DNA from: Candidatus Scalindua sp.
Lineage (GTDB): Bacteria > Planctomycetota > Brocadiia > Brocadiales > Scalinduaceae
DNA length: 32,000 nucleotides
Assembly (NCBI GenBank): GCA_031316235.1
Contig: JALDRA010000001.1
Location: 2,100,001-2,132,000 of the forward strand
Direction: 5' to 3'
How positions within the stretch are numbered: the stretch's first letter is position 1; every line of letters begins with the position of its first letter. The position numbers and the translations under genes were made by a program. Under the pieces are notes generated by a model. The model ran no database searches and was not told the origin of the DNA. It worked only from the letters and a program-made list of their open reading frames with translations. Positions 14,837 through 23,283 of this stretch are shown piece after piece.

Positions 14837-15778
14837 TTATAACTTGATCGTTGCTTTTATTTGATTAATCAGGTCTTCTTTTAATTCTTCCCATTTGTCC
14901 ATTTCCCAAGTAATATGATTAAATTGCCTTATATCAAAATGTAATTCTTTAAGTTGGTCTTTTTTTATTAATCGAATAACCTCTTTTGACTCGCCCATGG
15001 CGAAGCCAGCTTCAAAATATACACCATTATTCTGATCGGTAAAATCAGCAATAATAAATTTCGATTGTTTTATGTCAGAAATTATTTTATGAGAAATGTC
15101 ATTATTGTGTCTCTCATCAGAAACCAAATTTGCTTCAAAACCACAAGATGCACAAGCTGCCTTTATGGTGTTGACCAGATCATCTTGAAAATCTGTTTTG
15201 AAATCACATGCAATAAATACCTTTTTAGATTGTATATTGTTTCTTAATGCAGATTCAATTTCTGAAAACCCTTCAACCGTTAACATAACACATTCATTAG
15301 AATCATCACCAATTTTACCATGGTCTCTCTTTTGTAAAATTTTTGTTTCTTGTAAATATGTTAAGAGCTTGATTAGTTCGCTATAATTTTTTAGGTAGAA
15401 TAGTGTATATAAATTTCTATACTCTACTACTAATGATTTTCCTATAGAAGATGTTTTTTGATAGAGGTAGCTCTTTATTTTAGAAATTTTTTCACTGAGA
15501 GGAATTGTTTGACAATACTCTAAAATTTGTGGCAATTCTTTACCTATAAACTCACTTGTTAATGTGATGGATTGGTTGTTTCTTAAAAATCCAGAAAACA
15601 ATATTTTCTTTTCATCAGTTGTTAATATTTTTAAAAATTCTTTATCATCTAATGCACGCCGTTCGATAGTGAACTTACCACATAGGCAATTACTATATGT
15701 AGTTTCAAGCGTATCAGGATTTTTATATATTTGCGCTTCTATTCCACAAAATGGGCATACTTTATTTTCGGTATTCAT
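14837..15778 (-). CDS. Zn-ribbon + helical/wHTH-like middle + C-terminal nucleoside 2-deoxyribosyltransferase-like / TIR-like domain protein
   Basis: N-terminal CPFCG...CLCG. C-terminal KKVFIACDF..(~45 aa)..SKFIIADFTDQNNGVYFEAGFAMGESKEVIRL (Rossmannoid NDT/TIR-like pattern with conserved Glu). Confidence 0.55.
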   Translation of the reverse strand: MNTENKVCPFCGIEAQIYKNPDTLETTYSNCLCGKFTIERRALDDKEFLKILTTDEKKILFSGFLRNNQSITLTSEFIGKELPQILEYCQTIPLSEKISKIKSYLYQKTSSIGKSLVVEYRNLYTLFYLKNYSELIKLLTYLQETKILQKRDHGKIGDDSNECVMLTVEGFSEIESALRNNIQSKKVFIACDFKTDFQDDLVNTIKAACASCGFEANLVSDERHNNDISHKIISDIKQSKFIIADFTDQNNGVYFEAGFAMGESKEVIRLIKKDQLKELHFDIRQFNHITWEMDKWEELKEDLINQIKATIKL

Positions 15779-16033
15779 TTTATTCTTTCCTTAATTTTAA
15801 CCATAGCCTTTTTTGGTTGGTTGGTGTTCATTGCTATCTGAAAACTTGATTAGCGCGTACACAACAATCACGCAGCTTTAATTTGGTATAAATATTTTTG
15901 AAATTCAACAAAATCAAGAACTTCTAGTTGTTTTGATTACGGCAATCTTTTTACGTTTATATTGATTCTATCTGCAATACTCATATCGTTTTGTCCTTAC
16001 AAAATTATACTAAAACCGAAAACTAAATTGGTT

Positions 16034-16672
16034 TTATTTTAGCTCTTTCCATTCTGGAATAACCTTTGCAAATTCTTCTTGAAATGCCGGCCTGCCCATA
16101 TTATTCATCTTTATTGGTAAAACATATTTTCTCCAATCAGCGGGTTTCTTCATTACGTCAACCAATACATGCCGTACCCTTTTTGCCGCCTCTGCTTTGA
16201 ATCTGTAATCCTGACCATGATCACCGCCACCATATTCGTCAAGTTCCGCAAGCTCGGGCTCTAACTCACGCCAGAGTGAAAGCAAGGCAGAAGACGCTGC
16301 GCCTTCCTTTAGTACATTGCTCACCTTAACCGTTTCTTTCAGTGTATCCAAACACTCTCTTCTTATGGAATTGTCCCTTGCTGCTAATCCGAGAACAAGC
16401 TTTACAAGGTCATCTTTTTCTGCAAAGTTGAGCAATTCTGCAAGAGGTTCTTTATTCTTTATATTTTTTCGTTTTGAATCTGTTTCATTAAGTAAGCCTT
16501 CTTTATTGTGGTAAATAACGTTGTAACGCTTCTTTTTCCTGTCCCAACCTACATACTTTTTGCCAGTCTCAATTTTCTGAAGCATGTATATATGGTACAT
16601 AACATCTTCTAAATCTATTTTCTCAGGTAATTCTGTTATTAAATATTTTAATTTTGATTTTAAAATTTCCAT
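16034..16672 (-). CDS. Hypothetical protein
   Basis: 212-aa ORF, 57 nt downstream of the AlbA_2 gene, with no recognisable motif. The C-terminal half is visibly GC-richer than the N-terminal half. Confidence 0.45.
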   Translation of the reverse strand: MEILKSKLKYLITELPEKIDLEDVMYHIYMLQKIETGKKYVGWDRKKKRYNVIYHNKEGLLNETDSKRKNIKNKEPLAELLNFAEKDDLVKLVLGLAARDNSIRRECLDTLKETVKVSNVLKEGAASSALLSLWRELEPELAELDEYGGGDHGQDYRFKAEAAKRVRHVLVDVMKKPADWRKYVLPIKMNNMGRPAFQEEFAKVIPEWKELK

Positions 16673-16729
16673 CCTATCGTAACTACTTGGAATTTCAAGA
16701 CTAAGCCGGAAGGCTCTTTTAAAACTCTT

Positions 16730-18136
16730 TTAAACAGGAGACCATTTAGAATACCCGTTGTTACGTATTATCCCCTTGATTCTTAATGCAGAGAGCAAGT
16801 TAGTAACTTTGTTTTTCTTCTGAGATTCAGTTAATATGTCTGGCAATTTATCCCGAAGGAACTTCTCAATGTTTTTTCTTGGTGATTCCCCAAACTTTTT
16901 TAGATATTCAACGATGAGATTTTTATAGTGCTCATCATCAAGCCCTCTCTGCTTAATATAATACGCCTTTAATTCATCATTGGACAGCGATGCAGTAATT
17001 TTGGCGGAGATAACGTAATTGGGTTTTCTCCCCTCTATTAAACCAAGCCCTTTCAGATATTTGATCTCTTCATCAGGAAGAGGTTTCTGCTTTTGTACCT
17101 TATCTAACATGATAATTTGCTCTAGAGACAAACTCGGATTTCGTGCGAGTACACGCGCAAAATCCATATCGAGTACCTTGCCAATTACTGTTACTTTTAC
17201 TTTATCTTCTGACAAGTCATATTCCGGCATTGGAAAAAATCTTTCACGCTGATAATTAAACATCTTCCTTATGCCACCGCCTGCGGTGTCAACCATTTTT
17301 AAATTAAACATTGCGGTTGCAAGAAACCTATTGCGGTAATATTCTTCTGGTGCATCTTCTTTAACTACCTTCTCCACTGAGCCGGGAATGAAGCTGCCGA
17401 GATTAGTAAATATCAATTGGTCTTCCATTTCAACAACATTAATGCGGCCGCCTTTTGTGTAATCCTGGTGTGCAATGCAATTGTTTATAGCTTCACGGAT
17501 TACAAACGGTTCGTATTGGTCAACCTCATCAGGGAATAAAGTGCCGTCTTTGATATAGCGATATTTCAGATTGCGGATTTTTGCATATATCTTATCAACG
17601 GCCAACAGTAAAGGACAACTCTCAATGTGATAGTCCCTGTTATTTCCTTTAGCATCTTTCAAGAGCCAGCGTATCTTTGCCTCTGCCGGGCTAACAAAAT
17701 GTTCCGGATTCAATGGCGATAGTTTTTCTCCTTCCCTTCCATAGTAGTGTCCATCAAAGGCAACGGGTATACCTTTTGGAGCAGCAGGAATGTGAAACAT
17801 AACTATACGACCTTCGGGTAGATACAGTTCATAGATTTCAATAAAAGAAATACGATTGGTGGTTTTATTGGCTAACTCCCCTTTAAGGTTGTCAAGATCC
17901 TTACGGTTATGGCGGAACTGGCTGCCAACTATTGTTCTTCCCTTATCCTTAATCCCGAAAATAAGCCATGCGTGAGATTTGCCTTTGAGGTTTGCCTCAT
18001 TTGAAAGAGCAGAAAAATATTTGCCCAGCTTATTAGAGTCATAATTATTCCTGGCCTCTTTAAATTCAAAGACCTCCGTTTCCGCAGGCAATCTGCGAAA
18101 TTCCTCCAATTTAATTAATAATTCTTTTTCCGTCAT
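16730..18136 (-). CDS. AlbA_2 (Schlafen-like DNA-binding) + HATPase_c_4 domain putative regulator (often annotated RecG-like)
   Basis: ETEVFEFKEARNNYD..KYFSALSNEANLKG..AWLIFGI (AlbA_2). REAINNCIAHQDY..GGRINVVEMEDQLIFTNLGSF (ATPase-like). C-terminal wHTH-like tail. Confidence 0.8.
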   Translation of the reverse strand: MTEKELLIKLEEFRRLPAETEVFEFKEARNNYDSNKLGKYFSALSNEANLKGKSHAWLIFGIKDKGRTIVGSQFRHNRKDLDNLKGELANKTTNRISFIEIYELYLPEGRIVMFHIPAAPKGIPVAFDGHYYGREGEKLSPLNPEHFVSPAEAKIRWLLKDAKGNNRDYHIESCPLLLAVDKIYAKIRNLKYRYIKDGTLFPDEVDQYEPFVIREAINNCIAHQDYTKGGRINVVEMEDQLIFTNLGSFIPGSVEKVVKEDAPEEYYRNRFLATAMFNLKMVDTAGGGIRKMFNYQRERFFPMPEYDLSEDKVKVTVIGKVLDMDFARVLARNPSLSLEQIIMLDKVQKQKPLPDEEIKYLKGLGLIEGRKPNYVISAKITASLSNDELKAYYIKQRGLDDEHYKNLIVEYLKKFGESPRKNIEKFLRDKLPDILTESQKKNKVTNLLSALRIKGIIRNNGYSKWSPV

Positions 18137-18175
18137 GCGTTAATAGTACCTCTATCTCTCCTGTTACGGTTTCAC

Positions 18176-18310
18176 TCATTCATCCTCATCCTCAGCCTCA
18201 GCCTCACCCTCTCCAAACAGAGCCTTTTGTCCACCTGTCTGTTCGTCAAAGGCGCATCTGCCACGCCTGCGGCAGATGCGATATTTGATGCCTGGCTTGA
18301 ACCTAGCAGA
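18176..18310 (-). pseudogene. C-terminal gene remnant paralogous to 1351-1518
   Basis: ..FKPGIKYRICRRRGRCAFDEQTGGQKALFGEGEAEAEDEDE*. The ICRRRGRCA segment is encoded by the perfect hairpin at 18253-18280. Confidence 0.3.
18253..18280. repeat. Perfect 10-bp stem / 8-nt loop hairpin CGCATCTGCC-acgcctgc-GGCAGATGCG
   Basis: Read directly. Embedded in the gene remnant, with no convincing T-tract. Confidence 0.6.
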
Positions 18311-18572
18311 ATGGGTGCATTGTGATCCTAAATAACAGTCGCTGTTCCTATTGTCCCTCTCTATTCAGAATTTGCAAAATACGCTTAACGTGATGATTCA
18401 TTACTGAGATTTTTAAAGTCACTTACCCAGAGATATTTCAGTTTCATCTATCTACCCTTTGATATAAAGCTCAATACTGCATCCAGTAATTTACTTGAAC
18501 ATTCTATTTTTTAACGGTACATCATTTTTATTTTTAGTACAGGATCTCTTTTAAATATCCATATATTTCCTT

Positions 18573-18742
18573 AATCACTGATCAAGGTTTGACGTCATTT
18601 TTCGTGCAAGGCTAATGCAGTCAAGAGGAGATTTGATCCCAATACCTCACTTTGTACAATCTCCTTTTTATGGGAAATTATATAATGTGTATACGATGTT
18701 ATGGAACACACCAACTAATCACAAATCAAGGTTTGACCCCAA
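18573..18742 (+). repeat. R1 copy E (3' core fragment 18606-18645 + tail-A), bracketed by direct repeats aatcac..atcaaggtttgac (18573-18594 and 18716-18737)
   Basis: gcaaggctaatgcagtcaagaggagatttgatccc + ..cctcactttgtacaatctcctttttatgggaaattatataatgtgtatacgatgtt.. Confidence 0.8.
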
Positions 18743-18794
18743 GTGTCTCCAAGAACCAATTGTTTTGTGTTGGTTTATATTTCCCCTGAAGTCT

Positions 18795-21700
18795 TCAGGT
18801 AGGCTGAATGGATTCATTTAATTTGTTTGTCTTTAAAATTATTTTAAACATTTTCTTAATGTATGTGGCTTCGTCTTCCTGAAACAATACATTATGCTTC
18901 TCGACATCTTCCTTATTAAGCTTTTTATCCCACCATTTTATTTGATAATGCTCTGTAACAGAGATAATGAATGAATTCAAAATAACATCTTTGTCACCAA
19001 TCTGGCCTTCAAGAGTTTTAATCTCTTTATGAAAACGCATTTTAGGATCATCGAGGCCTTTTGCATGACGAATACCATGAGGATCGATAAATGTAATGAA
19101 TTGTGTTCCGCCATAAACTACCCACATGATAAAGTCCGGATAAAAATTATGAGCCTGAAAGAAACCGACTCCTCTGCCTCTACCCAGATTCCGGAGTAAA
19201 TACATCTCCTTATCTTTAAAATAATCAATATTGTCCTCATAGTGTTTCTTCAAGTCGGCAACAAATTGATTCTCTCCCTTATTCAAGGCAACCGGTATCA
19301 CCTTTATTTCGCTATCTTTTATGTAAATCATGGGTTTATACAGGTGTCGGTCGAAAGAGAATGAGTGTAAAGATCCGAACTCAAAATTACTGAAATCCTG
19401 GTTTTCTATCTTTTGTTTCAGCTCTGTAAGTTTGGTAATAATATCCTCCCGAGACTTTTCAACCGTAAAGGTATACTCATCAAAAAGATTACCCTTCTTT
19501 TCCTGAGCTGACAAAGCTGTTTCAACTTCATGAATATACTTATATTCAATCTTATCTTTCTCATAATCTAATTTTTTCACATTGTAATACTGATCACAAT
19601 ATTTCTTCAGTAAGACAACGGCTATATCCTGCCATAATTGAACCTGTTCGAATGATTTAAGTTCAAGTTCTTCCTCTGGAATATATAGGATATACCAGTC
19701 AGTTCTCGCCAACAAGGCAGGAAGAATATTCTTATCAATATTCAAATTATAATAACAGCGTTCATTCTTGTATTTCTGTAATTCAAAATAGATCTCTTCA
19801 ACATCCATAAAAGCAAGATGTACACTCTTTAATTCTCCTTCGTTAAATGTTGCCACTGCAGTGGAACGGGCCATCCTGCTTTGCAGGGCTTCTATCTTCG
19901 GGTACCAGTCAACGAGAACCGGATGTTCAAGCATGTAGTCATCAGGCTCTCCCAGCGTTGGCCGTTCACCCTGTTTCTTGAAATTAACTCCCTCTTTAAG
20001 CTGAGGATATTTAAGTTTGGTTTTCCCCAGATTAGAAATAGCCGGTATCGCAATCTCTTCGTATTCATCTGCTCCTTTAACCCCTTCATCCTCCAGATAT
20101 TCTCTGAATTGACGCATATAATCCGCCTTGACGCCAAACACATGAAGCGTCTCAACTATGCCGATGTTCTTGGGAATGTTAACACTCTTCAAATATTTGC
20201 TTCGTTTCAGGCTCATATCGTATCCCTTCAAGCGCACACCTCTTCCAAACAACTGAATAATTTCAGACCCTTCCGTTTTACCCACATTCATAAGACCCAT
20301 TGTGCTTACGCGCCAGCTGTTCCAGCCTTCCGTGAATTTCTTTGATCCTATCAGGATTTTTACCGGAGAACTCTTTTCAGAGAGCCGATGGAAAAGCGAA
20401 TCAGAAAAATCTTTGCTTGAAGCAATGAGACCATTCTGTTCACAAAGGTTTATCAGATCACGGTCATCTCCGACATTGATAACGCCGAAATGCTCATTGT
20501 CTCCAAGTCTCAGGCCTATCTCTCCCTGCGCTCCTTTCAGATTGTCTAAATGCATATGTGCCTCAACAGTAGTACAATTAAAGACCTGTTTCCTGATATC
20601 AGTGTATAAGTCATTCGCTTCCATTCTCTTGGAGATTAAATATATGAATTTTCCGGCAAAAAGGTCATTTCCTCTGGTGTCATTCAGCTGAGATGTCCCA
20701 CTGAGTAATCTCTCAATATATTCAATTGATTCCTGCGTATTCCTTAAAAAACTGTCCAGAAACAGAAGGATGTCTACCACATCGGAAACCTTGCTGCCCT
20801 GTTCAGTGCGAACTGCGTTTACCCTGCTGCCGACAAAAATCCAGAGCGGCTCTTCCAGTAAAAACGGAGAAAATGCCCTTTCGTTTTCATGAAACAATAA
20901 AAGCTGCTGGTAGAAACTCAAGAGACATGCAGTTAAGTAAAGCTGTTTCTGCTCTTCATGACGATTTTCTGCAAGATTTAATATTGAATACTCTTTTCCG
21001 TATCCGTCCCGGTAGAAATATTTATACGAATAGTCAAACAGGATGCACTTTGCATACTGCTGAAGCATCTCTTTTTTACCGGATGCCTTCATGGCCTGAC
21101 CGAATGTCGCCGAATACTCAAAGGAAAAGCCATCCTCACACAGGCGATTGCGTTTATCCATCCACTCTATCCCGCCGGCACCTCGATGGCCTTCATCAAC
21201 AAGCACCAGATTTTTCCCCTCAAAACAATCCACGCTGACTGTCTTCTCTTTTGACTCTTCCTTTAATTTATGGATATCAATAATCTCAATTTCGTTACTA
21301 ATAAACAGCCCCAAAGCGTCTTTTTTGAAAAGATCAGCCGTGAAACCTGATAACAGAAATTCTTTTCAATGCTGTTCTGAAAGCCCCTCGTTGGGAGTTA
21401 AAAGGATTGTCCTGTTTACCTTTTTCTTTAAACCATATCTCTTTTGATAATGCTGATACTGAAGTATGTTTATGTGCATGATCAATGTTTTACCTGATCC
21501 CGTCGCCTGCCAGAAGGCTATCTTGTTGAGCTCTTCAATTGCGTATGGCATAACCTGTTCACCTGGTTCTCTGTCTGTATTAAACTGCGTGACAAAATCA
21601 TTCAGCTCCGTGAGCAGGTTTTGCGGATTTCGAAAGTATCTGTCCAGATAAATCTCGCAGAAAAGGAGCGCCATATACTGAAAATACTTCCAGCGAAATC

Positions 21701-21989
21701 CTTCACGTTTCGAGCAAATACGCAGGGTGTGGCTAACGATATTCTGATCAAACTGTAGAAGGAGATCGTCAGGCAGGGCTTTACGTTCAAAGAGTTGGTT
21801 GGTCAGGTGTGTGTGAAAGTGGGAGACATTATTCTCATCGACACCCTCCAGATGCTGTGCTTTCATGCCATCGCACAAATTATCCAGTGACTCTACCTCA
21901 AAGAGAAAAAGGATATATTGGAAAAGCACGAGGGACTTTCCAAACTTGAAATCTGCCTGTCTCCGTCTGTTTTGTTGTCTTTTAGCCAT
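18795..21989 (-). pseudogene. Type III Res-like SF2 helicase with a C-terminal nuclease-like motif; one reading frame interrupted by a single in-frame TGA (21366-21368)
   Basis: ORFs 21366..21989 and 18795..21314 are in the same frame. Read-through gives ..LTPNEGLSEQH*KEFLLSGFTADLFKKDALGLFISNE.. Motifs: ATGSGKT, VLVDEGHRG, FTEGWNSWR, QLFGRGVRLKG, YPDFIMW..FIDPHG. Confidence 0.8.
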
Positions 21990-22160
21990 AGTATTTATAT
22001 AATTGATTGTATATCACTATATTTATAAGCCATATCCGCTTAGGTTACATATAGTTATAATTTTTGTCTCACTAAATATACACAAACATGTTTGCGTCTC
22101 ATTAGCAGTCTTAAATGAGACACAAAATGTATTTTTGTTTCATCAGTTAGATGCTAAACG

Positions 22161-23255
22161 TTATTCCACAATTTCGAGTAACTTATTAAAAATATATATG
22201 CTGGCTTTTCTTCCGCCTCCTTTACGCAAAACCGAAATTACGCCTTCTTTTTCAAGCAATTTCATAAAACGCATCGCACTTGCCTTAGGAATGCCCGAGC
22301 TATGGATAAAGTCACTGGCGCTAAAGACTGGCCTGGCAAAAAGTGTGTCGATGATATTAATAACATATTGAGACCTTGTAATAGTTTGCATACGCTCTTT
22401 CTTCTTTTCATATAATTCCAATATTTCTCTCGCCTTTTTACTGTTTGTTTTTGCCTGTTCAACGATAGAGCGTAAAAAGAACTCTATCCACTCTTCCCAT
22501 TTCTTATTTTGAGTAATAGCTTTTAGTCTCTCATAATATTCATCTCTATTGGCCTCAAGGTATTCACTTATATAAAACATCGGAGTACTGAGCACCCTTT
22601 TTTCGTATAGTAATAATGGAATCAATATCCTTCCAACCCTTCCGTTTCCATCTACAAAGGGGTGAATTATTTCAAATTGAGCGTGAACAACGGCAAGCTG
22701 GACTAGCGTATCCTTTTCATCAAAATGTATATACTTCTCAAAATTAGATAAGTACTCCATTAAGCGCATTGGCTCTGGTGGAACGTAATAAGCTTGTTCC
22801 ACAGGCGTTCCCGGTTTACCAATCCAGTTTTGAACACTCCTAAATCTACCCCTTCCCTTATCTTTACCCCTAACACTATCTAAAAGTTGGCCGTGTATCT
22901 CTTTTATCAAATTTAATGTGATTGGCTTTTTCATAAGCCAGTCAAGCGCCATATCAATAGCCTTGCGATAATTTATTATTTCCTGGATATCCTTTTCTTT
23001 TTCAGTCTGTATCACAGCTTGAGCAGAAGCTTCGAATTCAAGAACCTCTACAAGGCTAGCCTGTGTCCCTTCAATGCGTGAAGAAAGAACTGCCTCATTA
23101 GTAGTAAGGGGTGATAAGAGCACACGTGGATTGATAATTCCCTGTAAAATACCATCATAACGAGCTAACTCAGCATTCGCCTTTCCTATAAGAGTTATAA
23201 ATCTTACCCAATCAATGTCTTGTAGTGGTAATGTATCCGGAATAAATGGTTTCAT
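22161..23255 (-). CDS. fic: Fic-domain protein (AMPylase-type) with N-terminal inhibitory motif and C-terminal wHTH
   Basis: HPFVDGNGRVGR (HxFx[DE]GNGRxxR). SSRIEGT matches [ST]xxxE[GN]. C-terminal ..GIPKASAMRFMKLLEKEGVISVLRKG. Confidence 0.9.
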   Translation of the reverse strand: MKPFIPDTLPLQDIDWVRFITLIGKANAELARYDGILQGIINPRVLLSPLTTNEAVLSSRIEGTQASLVEVLEFEASAQAVIQTEKEKDIQEIINYRKAIDMALDWLMKKPITLNLIKEIHGQLLDSVRGKDKGRGRFRSVQNWIGKPGTPVEQAYYVPPEPMRLMEYLSNFEKYIHFDEKDTLVQLAVVHAQFEIIHPFVDGNGRVGRILIPLLLYEKRVLSTPMFYISEYLEANRDEYYERLKAITQNKKWEEWIEFFLRSIVEQAKTNSKKAREILELYEKKKERMQTITRSQYVINIIDTLFARPVFSASDFIHSSGIPKASAMRFMKLLEKEGVISVLRKGGGRKASIYIFNKLLEIVE

Positions 23256-23283
23256 TTTTTCTTTTTTCAGATTCTATAGGGAG

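Noticed and set aside
16011-16036. Rho-independent terminator after the 212-aa gene (TAAAACC..GGTTTTA)
   Set aside because: The 7-bp stem is all-weak with a 12-nt loop and overlaps the stop codon, which is too weak to call.
21366-21368. Selenocysteine or a genetic-code reassignment at the in-frame TGA
   Set aside because: TGA terminates this same gene and the RAYT gene, so it is a stop codon here. No convincing stem-loop follows the codon, and the sequence context (EQH_KEF) suggests an ordinary residue. A nonsense mutation is more parsimonious, and read-through remains testable.
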